DNA of 64,000 bases, taken from assembly GCF_026210795.1 (NCBI RefSeq), contig NC_089432.1:3100001-3164000 (forward strand), in the 5' to 3' direction. How positions within the stretch are numbered: the first letter of the stretch is position 1; each line of letters opens with the position of its first letter. Positions 51,371 through 64,000 of this stretch are shown here, one piece after another. The DNA is from Rhizophagus irregularis. Lineage: Eukaryota. Made by a program: the position numbers and the translations under genes. A model generated the notes under the pieces. That model saw nothing but the letters and a program-made list of their open reading frames with translations, was not told the origin of the DNA and did no database searches.

Positions 51371-53688
51371 ATGTGGAGTTTTTTCAAAATTGTTTCAACT
51401 CCCAACCATGTTTTAAAATCTTTTCGACATAATATAATTTATGTAAAAAAATTTTCTACCCACAACCTTTACCAAGAAAAATGGGAAGCGATTATTGGGT
51501 TGGAAATTCACGCTCAAATAAATTCAAAGAAAAAGTTGTTTTCTAGTAGGTGATTTATAAATTTTTTATTTAATATTCAAAAAATTAATTTGTATGTATT
51601 TATTATAAAAAATATTTAACAAAAATTTCAAATTTAAAAATCAGATTCATCCACGTCTTTTAATGAACCTGTTAATACAAATGTATCAGTCATTGATGCT
51701 GCTTTTCCGGGTACTATTCCGGTAATTCTTGAATTTAAATTTTAATGCAAAATAGATTAATGAGAATATTTATAATTAATGAAAACTTTTTTTTTTTGTT
51801 AAGCGCATAAATTCTAAGTGTGTTCAACTTATAGTTGCAACATCTTTAGCACTAATGGGAAATGTTCAACCCGTTTCATTCTTTGATAGAAAACATTACT
51901 TTTATCCGGATCTACCGGCTGGATATCAGATAACACAACATTATGGTGAGAGTACATCTATTATAATAGATTAAATGCCACATGTTTAACTTTTTACATC
52001 TTGATTTAATTAGCTCCAATATCCCTTGGTGGAAAAATAACATTATCACCTTTAGATGGACTTGATTATGAAACAGATGTTAGAATAAAACAAATCCAAA
52101 TTGAACAAGTATTGTCAAAATATTAAAATTAGAAAAAAAAGTATATATAATATACTAAATTATTAGCTATTATTTTAATAGGATACAGGAAAAAGTATAC
52201 ATGATATAAAACCTGGAATGGCTTTAATAGATTTAAATCGTTCTGGTACTGGTTTAATGGAAATTGTAACAGAACCTGATATAAGAACATCAAAAGAAGC
52301 AGGTCTAACTGTTCGTAAATTGCAGACCTTACTCAGAACTTTAGGATCATCAAATGGCAACATGGAAGAAGTAAGTCTTGTGATTTTTTTTTTTTTAAAA
52401 AAAACCTTGTAATTAATTTTTTGTAATTAATTTTATTTTAATTTAGGGATCATTACGATGTGATGTAAATGTGTCTGTGCATGAAATAGGAACTCCTTTT
52501 GGTACAAGATGCGAAATCAAAAATTTGAATAGTATCAAATTTTTAATGGCAGCTGTTGGTAACTAATTCAAACTTTGCTAAATATTAAATAAAATATTTT
52601 ATTTTATCTAACATCAACATATGAGTTTGGCTTAATAGATGTAGAAATTGAACGTCAAATAGCTGAATTGAAAAAGGGACATTCTATTATTCAAGAAACT
52701 AGAGGATATGATGTCGCTGCTAATCAAACTTTTAGATTAAGAACTAAAGAAACTTCTGCTGATTATAGATACATGCCTGAACCTGATATACCTTCATTAA
52801 TAATTACTGAAGTATATTATTACTATATTTTCAAACTTTATTAGTTAAATTGCTTAAATTTTAATAGAACTATTAATATTTTAGGATTACCTTACGGGCA
52901 TCCATAATAAACTACCAGAATTACCTGATGATCTTAAAAAAAGACTAATGAATCAATATAATATTTCATTGCGTGATGTTATGTCATTAATGCACGAAGA
53001 TGGTGGTGTTGAATATTTTGAAGAAGTAAGATTTATCTTTATTCTTACTATTGATTGTTATGTAAATTATTTAATTATTTTATTATATTATTTATAGATA
53101 GCAAAAAATCGAAATCCTCATCATGTTGTAAATTGGATTACACATGATTTATATGGTCTTTTAAATACTAATAATATTAAATTCAATCACAATCCTGTAA
53201 CAACACAACAATTAGGTTCTATAATTGATTCTATTAAAACGGATGATATTACAGGTACCTTTGAGCATGAATATTTTTTTTTTGTTTGAATAAAATTTTA
53301 AGTATTAATTATTTATTCTACATAAAGCTAAAACGGGAAGAAAGATTCTTACTATAATGGTTTTGGGTGATAAGCGTCTTTGTCATGATATTGTTCAAGA
53401 AAAGGGATGGAAACAGCTAACAAATACTTACGAATTAGAAATAATTTGTAAAAATATCTTATCAAAAAATCCTAAACAGGTTAATTATTCTTATTTTTTA
53501 TTGATAATTGATTTTCTTATTTTATGTTGATTAATAACGTAATGTTTCATTACAATTATTAGGTACAACAATATAAACAAGGAAATAAAAATATATTTAG
53601 TTGGTTTGTAGGGCAAGTTATGAAAGAAACCAAAAGTAACGCAAATCCTAAATTAGTGAATGATATTTTAACAAAATATTTAAATTAA
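51371..53688 (+). CDS. PET112: Mitochondrial glutamyl-tRNA(Gln) amidotransferase subunit B, 11 exons
   Basis: [116 protein letters not shown]; basic N-terminal presequence-like stretch. Confidence 0.96.
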
Positions 53689-54405
53689 TAGTATAATAAA
53701 AAGTTTTTTTTTTCTTATTATTTTTGTTAATATAAAATTGTATTAATACAGTGCTAATACTATCTTTATTTTGTGAACAAACTCGTGTTGAAAATTATTT
53801 GCGAAATATAAGGTTATAACGATATCAAAGTATCATTGAACAATTTATATTAATGATTTTTACGTATGATATATTTTAAATAAGAATCTAATTAGATCAA
53901 ATTACATGTAAAGCATAATAGAATTAAAAAACTTTCTAATTTATTTTAACATATAAGCTTATTTAAATTATTTCACAAATAATTTTATCTAATAATTAAA
54001 TATAATTTTAATATTTCGGTTTGTTTAAGGAAAAGGACTTCAATTTTTTTTTTTTTTTTTTGATTTCACGCAAAGAGGCTGAACCTATAAAATTTTGTAC
54101 AAATTTTTATTATTAAAAATCACTTTTAATGGCTCGCCTTTTACATCATAAAAAAAGAAATGCATTATATTACGTTACATAAAATTTGTTTATTGGTAGT
54201 TAAACAGTCTGATGTAGGACATTATAATGAGAATATTACACTATTACACACACCCATTTTATGGAATGTGTAACATGTCAATATTTATAAATAATATAAA
54301 CTTTGTTTCTTTTTTTTAAAACATTTATAGCATTTATAGCATAATAACTTTACAATAAGAACTTTTCTGCACAAACATTGTCTATTGTACTATAAAATGT
54401 ATAAA

Positions 54406-56624
54406 ATGTCTAATAACCCTGAACTTAAGGTTATTGGTTATTCAAATGAGTGGATTAATTGGATTGAAGAATCTATTGTAAAAAAACAAATTAAATATTA
54501 TGATCATAAAGACTTTAATAATATTAAAGAAATTGGACTCGGAAATTTCGGAAGAGTTTATCGTTCAAATTGGAAAAATTCTCATAGTTTTTTAGCTTTA
54601 AAATCTTTTATAAATTTCGATATCATTGCTAAAGAAATTGTTAATGAAGTAAATATAACATTATTATAAACATTTTTGTCTTTACGATACGCTATTAAAT
54701 GCACATTACGTTCCTATTTTAAATTTTATTTATTTTTAGCTTAAACTTCAGCGTGAAGTTGATTTTCATGAAAATATTATTCACTTTTATGGCATCACAA
54801 CAGGTATTATAAATATTTTAAAAATTTCATTTAATAACATAAAGAAAAGTCTAATATTTTTTTATTTTTCAAAAGAAATCCAAAGTGATGATTCAAAGAA
54901 ATACTTGCTAGTGATGGAATATGCCGATAGTGGTACTCTTCGAAATTATTTAAGCGAACGATTTGAAAATCTCACTTGGAATAATAAATTAAATCTAGCG
55001 TTCCAATTAGCTGTTGCTATATCATGTTTGCATGATAAAGAAATCATGCATCATGATTTGGTAGGTTACTTTCAATACTTATTTACGATTTAATGTATTA
55101 CATTGTAAGATTATATATCTAATACAAATATTTACTATTTTACTTTATTATATTTGATAATAGCATTCAAATAATATCTTAGTTCATAAGAATACAATCA
55201 AATTGGCTGACTTTGGGTTGTCAAAAAGGATTAAAGGATTACTTAAATCAAATTTATTTGAAATGGTCGCCTATGTTGATCCACAAATTTTTAATAGAAA
55301 TAGTGATAGCAACGACTCAATGAAAGTGTATTCGTTAAATAAAAAGAGTGACGTTTACAGTATTGGCATACTCTTGTGGGAAATATCTAGTGGGAAACCA
55401 CCTTTTTGTAAAGAATCATACGATATCGGTTTGGCTATGGAAATATTACAAGGTCTTAGAGAGAAACCTATTACTAATACTCCTGATGATTATATGAAAC
55501 TATATACTGGTAATACGATTAAATTTGAATTGTAATTTTTTAACAGTGTTAATTAATTTTTAAGTTTATTTTATTTATATTTAGATTGCTGGAACAATGA
55601 CCCAGATGATCGTCCAATTATCAACCAAGTTATTGCAACATTAGACGCAATTATTCTAAAGGAAAACATCCAAGTATCAAGTATACAGCAGAATATCATT
55701 AATAATCCATTACACCAAATTATTCAAAATTTTAGTGATGTAAATATGAAAGAAATTGAACCTTCAATTTCATCAAATCTAATTACAAATGACTATGAAA
55801 TATTGATTATTGAAATAATTATATTTCTACAAGATGTAGAAGTAGTTAGGAAAAAACGTGAAGTTATTAATTATCTTAATGAAAATAATTTAACTTCTCG
55901 AGAAATTTATGATTGGTTACTAAATAATCAGGATAATTCAGATTCCGTTTTTTTACTTGGAGTATTTAATCATGTTGGAATTGAAATTAATGTTGATGAA
56001 CAAAAAGCATTTGAATTATATCAAAGTGCAGCAAATACAGGGCATGTGCCCGGAATAATTAATTTGGGATTTTGTTATAATAATGGAATTGGAACTAGTA
56101 TTGATAATCAAAAAGCATTTGAACTATATCAAAAAGCAGCAAATTTAGGAAATTCATGTGGAATAAATTTTTTAGGATACTGTTATCAGGAAGGAATTGG
56201 AACTAGTATTGATTACAAAAAAGCATTTGAACTATTTCAAGAATCAGCAAATTTAGGAAGTGTATTTGGAATATGTGGTTTAGGATGTTGTTATGATCAT
56301 GGGATTGGAACAAGTATTGATAAAAAAAAAGCATTGGAGTTATATCAAAAAGGAGCAAATTTAGGAAATATATATGGTATAGCTAGTTTAGGATACTTTT
56401 ATGAAAAAGGTATTGAAACAAATGTTAATGTACAAAAGGCATTTGAACTATATGAAAAGGCTGCGAATTTAGAAGATAGTTTTTCTCAATATTGTCTTGC
56501 TTTTATGTATGAATATGGAAAAGGAGTTGAAAAGAATATAAATCAAGCAATTTATTGGTATAAAAAATGTGCTGAACAAGGAGATGTGAATGCTCAAAAT
56601 AAATTAATAAATTTAATGAATTAA
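54406..56624 (+). CDS. TKL kinase + Sel1 repeats (copy 3); five exons
   Basis: Same intron positions as copies 1 and 2; GLGNFG, HHDL|HSNNILV, DFG; six Sel1 repeats; alternative ATG at 54397. Confidence 0.92.
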
Positions 56625-57741
56625 AGAATTTTGTAATACCGGCTTTATTGGAAAAAGATTACAGGTTATATTAATAATATTTTAACAAGTAATAAAGTAA
56701 CAATAAAATAAGTAGTATTCAATGGCATTTTTAAAAAATCCTAGTATACTCTTTAAAATGAAGCATAAAGATACAATATAGTCATGACATTATCCAACCC
56801 AACCTAAATTCTCTATCAAAATACAAGTTCCTATACTAATTACATCAATTCTGTTTTAGGTTTTTAGATTGTTACCTATAGAAATTAAATAGTATCAAAG
56901 CCATATCACAAAACTATCACTCCTATTTCACGCGATAAATGACAATAGTACTGCATGATAATTTATGATTTGCTATTTGTTCTGAAAAATAATTTATTTT
57001 CAGCTTGAAATTATAATTTTAATTTTACTTTATTTGGTTATTTACAATATTAAGAAATAATAATTCCGTTAATTGTAGTTGCGTAAGGAGTGTTAGAAAA
57101 TGATTGTTTTTATTACTAACGTTCAATTTTATTTTTAGCTTCAGTTCAATGTATTGTAAATTCAATTATTAAATAAGTTTATAACAAAAAGTTTTGAGCA
57201 ATAATCTGTAATAATCCCACATATACAGTAGCTATTTAACTAAAAAAGTAGATATAACTTTATATTAGAACTAAAAATACAAAGAAAATAAACCGAAAAA
57301 AGAGATTTTATAATATACAATATATACTACATAAAGCTTCCATAAGCGAAACGCGATTTTCAATAAAACCACCTTTCTGCTTAGTATTTGGCATTTTTTT
57401 TCTTAAAATGCCCTTTTTTTCAAGAAAAAATTTTAAAAATAAAAAATCTAAGACTTCTAGGGCTTTGAATTAATCTTACTAAACTAAGTATTAGTTTAAT
57501 TAGTAGATAAAGTCGCCACCCAAATTAAATTTTGATTATTAACAATTTAACAATTTCTAAAGTGTATTAATGAATTAAAGATATATTATGTGTCGATCGT
57601 ACAGCAATTAATTTAGAATTTAAAATTTTTGTAGACTTCGTATAAAAAAGAAATCTCACTCGAAATGATAAATTCGATATACGAAAGTTATGATTTCATG
57701 TTATTATATGTTTCATACCAACAAAAAAATTCAGAACGTTA

Positions 57742-57770
57742 CTAGCAATCACCCGTTGCTTCGCACCGGG
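57742..57770 (-). mobile_element. Helitron 3' terminus (5' end not located)
   Basis: Minus strand CCCGGTGC-GAA-GCAACGGG hairpin, then TGATTG-CTAG followed by T. Confidence 0.7.
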
Positions 57771-57888
57771 ACCAATGAGTTTGTTTAAATAGAAAAATTT
57801 AGTTATTATAATGTAATACTAAGTAAATTAAAGATGGTTACAGTAGTTTTTTGTTTATAATTAGGAATTTAATTAGGTCTTTCAGTTA

Positions 57889-58062
57889 TAGGTGTCGTCG
57901 AAATTAATTACGGCATATGAAGCTTATACCGTAATACCATTCTACCACAATTATGCCGTAATTATTTTATAAATTATTGAATGCCGACCTTTATATTTTA
58001 AGGCCAAATTCCCATTTTGCCGTAATGCCGTAATTATAAATATGGCATTTCGACGACACCTA
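57889..58062. mobile_element. Small MITE (~174 bp), TA-flanked
   Basis: TAGGTGTCGTCGAAAT / ATTTCGACGACACCTA with TA on both sides; internal TGCCGTAAT repeats. Confidence 0.85.
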
Positions 58063-58079
58063 TACTTTCGGTTCTTCTT

Positions 58080-58600
58080 TGTAACTACTAAGGTATGTTT
58101 TTTATTTTTTTGCTTTTGTTTATTTATTACATGTAATTTCCGTTCCCTACTAACTTTATTTCTTCTTTTAATTTCATGGGTTTGGTTTTTACATGGTCCA
58201 TCTGTTTATCTCATTTTCATTTTTTTGTTTTTTTTTTGTCTCTTCATTTCTTTTGCTCTTTTTATTCTTCCCTTCCTTCATTTTTTCCATTGTTTTTATT
58301 TCCTCTTCATTCCTTTTGTCTTTTTCATTCCTTTACACTACCCTTCGTTCATTTCATTTTTACCACTTCATCATTTTCGTTCCTTTACAATATCTTTTGT
58401 TCTTTTCATTTTTTTTCCATTCCCACTTCTCTTTACACTACCCTTTGTTCCTTTATTCCTCTTTGCTCTATTTCGTCCCCTCCATTCTTTTCATTTTTTT
58501 CATTAGTTCCCGCTTGATCTTTTCGTTCCTATTGTTTCTTTCACTCCCCCTTTCCCTTTTACCCTCCCTATTTTTTCATTCACCCTCATTTTTTTATTAA
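58080..58600 (+). repeat. Pyrimidine-rich low-complexity tract
   Basis: T/C runs; produces spurious Phe/Leu/Ser ORFs in all three frames. Confidence 0.8.
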
Positions 58601-58750
58601 TTTTTAGAAGTATTTTCGAAAAAACTTTAATATTATGAAAATACTACAAATGTTTTTACTAATTAATTATAAATTCTATAATTATTTCTTATTTATATTA
58701 CGTCAATCTTAAACTTATAACCAACTTAGGAAAAATATTTTAATAATTAA

Positions 58751-61700
58751 TTCGTGATCCGCATATAAAGTAGAGAATATCGATATTCCGATGTGGGGTG
58801 CCGATCATATATAAATATAGTAAATTAGCCATAATTCAGCTATTTTGGACCGAGCTAGCACCACCATCTTGTACGACCTAAACGTCATATTTTATATGCT
58901 AATAATAGAATACTATATGAATAAATTTCTTGCATTTTCGTACTGAATTTGTAAACAAAAAAAAACCTTTTACTAGCCGGGTCGTCAGATTCCTGGCTAT
59001 AAATATAGTAAGTAAATTCGCAATTTCAATAATTTTTATAAAATTTATGGCAAAAAAACTTAAAAAAATGTTGTTTTAACGTCAAAAATTTTCAAAAATT
59101 TACAAAATTTTATTCATTTGTCAAATTCTTTATTTACTAAGATCTGTCAACTAGCGCTAAAGCTTGTTGGGCTTTCAATTTACGATGAGTTTGTGCATAT
59201 CGAGAAATCCAATTACTAATTGTAGAAATTTTTGGAATTTCCTCTTCTTCTAAAACTCCTTCTTCTACTAAACCTTTCAGTTCATTATGCATCTCTTGAG
59301 CTGTATACTTTTCACTTTTATTTATATCTCCGGCCAAGAAATATGCCTCAAGGTATGGAATAACATTTTTGCTTATTCGTTTACCTCCTCCTTTTTTACC
59401 AAATTTCTGATTTTCTTTTAAGGCCCATCCACTTGATAATGCAAAATTCGATGTGTGATTCAAAACTTGCCTTGAACCCAAATCAGTATCAATAATTTCA
59501 GTATTCAAAACGTCTATTATTCGTTCAGAAAAAAAGAAAATTAGTTTTGAGATAATATAATCACAATTTTACGGTAAGAATGATTTACCTATATTTTGTG
59601 GTGATATTTCATCGTTCAATTTATTTTGTAAAATTTCTGCTAATATAACTCTATTATTGCTTACATCTGTGTCAACGCCATATTCCTTCAATTGTTTTTT
59701 CAATTCTTCAATAGTAAGACGATTTGTATTGATTTCTAATATAAAAAAAAATCAATGTAAAACAATTGCAAAAAAAGAAAAAAAAATCAATTTATTACAT
59801 ACTTGATCTATGAGGTAATGGAATATTCCAATTGGAAGTTGGAATTGAGTGATCTGAAACTTGTGGATTAGGTTTTTCAAGAGGTCTTTTTTCAAATTGT
59901 GCTATTTTAGCCGGCTCAAAATTTTTCCAAGTTCCAATATTAGGCATTGCACGAGCCTGAATAAATCCTGCATATTCACCTTCTGTCGGCCAGGACCACT
60001 CATACCAATTGGAATTTCCTGGTATTGAATTTTTCTTTTTTCGTCCTGATTCTATAAATCATAGTAATTGCTTTCAGTAATAAGTATTACATAACTTCAA
60101 AATTGTATTCTCACATATACCCTTTTTCCGTTCTGGTTCCAAATGTGCTACTGAAGTACCACAAATCCCTTGAATAGCATTCTCTATGTCTACACCTTCA
60201 TTGATATCAAACCCCAATCGAACATAACGATTTATCGCATGTGAAATCTGTAACCAATGATTCAATAAATAATAATGGTGATTTCCTAAATTATTTGAAC
60301 AATCAATACACACTTGGGCATGGTGAGAATCAATTGATGTTTTAGCCTCTCCAGCTTCTAAAAAAACCCATTTTTTTACTGAAATATTGTACCATTCATT
60401 CCAATGCCCTAGAATTAACATTAGGTCCGCATTGTGATAATGTGGACCATTATCAGAAAGAAAAGTAACCCAATCTGGTTTGACTTCAAGCGATTCAATA
60501 ACTGCATGTAGTGAAGAAGCTGTGAACCATGCATCTTGGCATGTATCGGCCAACCAGTGATCAAATACTTGAATATCCAATTGATGACTTTCAGATTTTC
60601 GTGTATAGACAAGAATTGAATGCAAAGCCCATCCTTTTTTCCCAAAAAAAGCACTTTTTGTTTCTCTTGCGCTCTTGGGTAAGATTTTCATCTTATAATC
60701 AACTATTATTATAGCTCCTTTTTCATCTAAATCTAATAGATTCGCGTTAAATTGAGAATTTAGAAATACCTTTCGCGTCTGATGACTCAAATAATAGAAA
60801 ATTTGATCTCGTAATTCATAAATTTCCTCGTGAATATTATTTGGAGTGTTTTTTTCAATATCAATGAAGAATTGAAAAAGTGCATCACAATCTGAACATG
60901 TGTGAGTATGTTGTTCATTACATATACCAAAAGCAAAAGGAAGGCAATGGTTTATACATTGGTTATGTGCTGTTGTACCATCAGAATTTACAGTCAAATG
61001 TGACTCATATTCCCTTTTCAGATATCGTTTTAACTTCTCTCCTTGATCTAATAATTGATTCTAAATGAAATTATTAGAAATTAATATTATATAATTATTT
61101 TTTATCAATTATAGGAATAAAAATATTACCTGGATATGAAGATTACTAACGTGATTTTGAATGAGTTTGGTAAGTTCATCAAATGTTTCATAGCCATATG
61201 TGTTGCATATTGAACACAAACCACCAAGATTCTCACGATAAATATATCTATTGCCCTGCAAATGCTTATAAAAAGTTGTTCGTTTTACTCCACTTGGATA
61301 TTTTTCATGAAACTTTTCCCACAGATCTTGTTTCGTATTTTTGAGGTAATGAACTGGTTCTTGCGTAATGGTGTCTGTTTTGTATGAACTCATTATTACA
61401 TTAGCCTTATCAGAAAAGAATTGTTCTAAATTTTCTTTTTTTCCCGTCCTAATTTGTCTTTGACAATAATAGGTTTTTGTGCTTGAGGTGCACCTGGTCC
61501 ATTAATACGCGCATATTGGCGGGCTCTTGATACTGTATTTGCAGCTACCTGTAAGTTTATATTTTTATTAGTTCAATTATTTTGATAACATGCATTGTAG
61601 TAGTATACACTAACAGTACACTTACCCCTAATTTTGATCTGAGTTCTTGATAGGTAAATTTTGTAGCAATAATTGAAAGAATTCGTCTTTGACCATTTGG

Positions 61701-63069
61701 ACCTCTATTTGTATTTTCCAATGCGTTACGAAATGCTTGCCAAAATGTAAGAGATTGATTTTCTTGATAATATGGATTTTGTTGGAGGAATCCTGATTCA
61801 TAAAGTATTTGTAATGTTGTACTATCTTTTTGAACGTTATCTGATTTCGTCCAAAATTCAAACTAAATTAAAAAAATTATTTGTCAATAATAAATAAAAA
61901 AGTCAACTCATTTTTTTGCATAATTACTAACTTTAGATTCTCCATTTTTGAAGGGGGTGATATTAGTACATCCTGCATTTCGAACAAATGCTCTCCAAGC
62001 ACGCCATTCTCGTTCATTAATTTCATAACCAGATGGATATAAATCTAAAATAGCTTTCCGTAATTCTAAAATATCACTTTTCTGATTTAACCATTTATTA
62101 AATAAATCATGCCATTTGACCTCACGTGAAATTCTTCTTTTCAAATGATATTTATAAAGATTTTCTAACACTCCCTCTAAAGTCCAGTCCAATACCGTGC
62201 AAGAAGGAATTTGTGCTTGTTGAATACAAATTTGCGTATACGGATTTTCTAACCCAAAAATTTTTTTCCAGAATAATTTGAAAGTCTGCCAATACATAAC
62301 CAAACTTCATTAGGATCAATAGCATTATACGTCTTTATCAAAGTATCATTAGTATATATTTGAACTACACACTCTTCATCTTCTATTTCTTGAATAAAAG
62401 CTGATTTTATACCATTGTAATGGGATTGAAAGACGGATTTATATCCTTCTCCTGCATAATTCCATTCTGGTTTTTTTGATTTTCCCATTCCCAGCACAAT
62501 TACGTTCAATTTTCCAAGACTAATCATATATGGACGAAATATAATATCATCAAGTAATTGTTGTATAATATTTGAATTGTCAAAACCCATAACTTGTGGA
62601 CCAGGGAACTTTGCATTTGAACGAAAAACTTTTTCATAGCAGGTGTTAATAGCTTCTGTTGGTGAACTGCACACACCTGACCTATATTCTTCAGAAAAAC
62701 ACAAAAATCCAGGAGAATTTGGATGTTGAGTATCTTTTACAACGGTAATTATGAAGTCACATTTTTTTAAAACTGTATGAGTTTTCATTCCTAAACGAAT
62801 CGGAAGGAGAGGAGTATGCGTAGGATTCTTATTTATTGGTCGCGCAAGCCACCAGTTATGACAAAATGGACCAAAATGTAAATTTTCTACAATTTTGCCT
62901 GGGGAAATAAGTGTTGTAATGTATTCTTTACTTTTACTCATATGTTTTGACTTTAAAAAAGAAGTTGGGTATGTAAAAAACGCGAGATTCTAAAAGACGC
63001 GAAATCGCATATGCGTATTATCCCCGGATTTTATATATGTCGATCACTACTTTATATACGGATCACGAA
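58751..63069 (-). mobile_element. Sola3-like DNA transposon (4.3 kb)
   Basis: TIR TTCGTGATCCG(C/T)ATATAAAGTAG at both ends, flanked by TTAA (58747-58750, 63070-63073); spliced transposase inside. Confidence 0.85.
59137..62941 (-). CDS. Multi-exon DDD transposase (Sola3-like) with long N-terminal extension; two -1 frameshifts in A7 runs
   Basis: IVDYKMKILPKSARETKSAFFGKKGWALH, QDAWFT, LSDNGPHYH, EAGEAKTSIDSHH; Cys/His clusters (CSIC, HC..C..H..CSDC); C-terminal HTH-like YTAQEMH..TISNWISRY. Confidence 0.8.
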
Positions 63070-64000
63070 TTAAATGTATTGGAATCTATTCATTTCATTT
63101 ATTATTATTCATTTTACTCGATAAATTATTAATTTAACTAAACCATTTGAATTAAAAACTTTATTCAAAAATCTGGTGGTTATTTAGAGAATTTCGGAAT
63201 TCGGATATGGATTTGGGTTATAATAATCTATTATTAAATCAACAATTTCTTCAAAAAGAATTGATATTTTTACATATTTTATAATTAATTAATTGATTTT
63301 TATGAGTTTGAAAATCAAAACTATTTATCCAGCGTTCAATTTAATTGAAAAAATCTTACTCATCTTTCTATCAACGTCGGTCAATTTTTCTATATCTGAT
63401 ATGTTATATTGATCTTTTTTAAAAAAAATAATAATTTTGTAAATATATTTAATATAATATTTTATTTTTTATTTAATAATAATAAAAATTAAAAGAAAAA
63501 GAAAAAAAATTTAAAAAAAATTTGGGGAAGAAAAAGAAATCAGTTTGAAAAAAAAGAAATTTCCGAAAAAAAAGGATCCGAAAAAAAAATAAGTACGAAA
63601 AAAAATTCCGAAAAAAAAGGACAATAATCAAATCCAAAAAGAGTGAAAAAAAATTAAACCTAAACAGAAAAACAATTTTTTCGGTTTGAAAGAAAAGGGA
63701 GAGAAAATTTTTTTCGGTTTAAAAAATTTTTTAAAATAAAAGGACTAATCAAAAAAAAAAATTCCGATAAGGTAAAATTTTGGATCGGATCGAATAGTTT
63801 TTGACCATAAGTAGATCAGGCGGATTTACCCCAGAATCGTTCTAAGTAAAATTCTATTCCCACGTGACCAGTGATGTTTAAAGGGGCGTGAAAATAATTT
63901 TTTCACCACAGAATACTTGAATACTTTATGAAAAAATGAAAACGGTGGAGTGTGACACGGGGTGACATTTTATGCAGGTCGCGTGGGGTGAAAAATTTTG

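Noticed and set aside
58042..58600. Three overlapping Phe/Leu-rich ORFs resembling membrane proteins
   Set aside because: Artefact of a pyrimidine-rich tract lacking stop codons in all frames
63875..64000. Possible TE start TTAAAGGGGCGTG at the window edge
   Set aside because: Partner end would lie outside the window; cannot be supported

Overview
Very AT-rich eukaryotic DNA with short GT-AG introns. Its gene families (TKL-kinase + Sel1 repeats, F-box/LRR-like, Crinkler-like, TRP-like) point to an arbuscular mycorrhizal fungus (Glomeromycotina, Rhizophagus-like); this assignment is inference. Only one housekeeping gene is present: an 11-exon mitochondrial GatB/PET112. The other coding content is three paralogous 5-exon kinase-Sel1 genes (all non-RD, HHD), an F-box-like gene, a tandem KH-domain trio in graded decay, an orphan 176-aa gene with a tandem-repeat upstream region, and several pseudogenes. 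DNA transposons are dense and many have exact ends. They include a crippled hAT plus four hAT-type MITEs with 8-bp TSDs, a 3.6-kb foldback element with ~1.1-kb arms and a 6-bp TSD (IS3EU-like ends) nested in a MITE, a 4.3-kb Sola3-like element whose transposase appears to carry tandem FYR-like domains, smaller TIR elements and a Helitron 3' end. All calls were made by eye; no searches were run.
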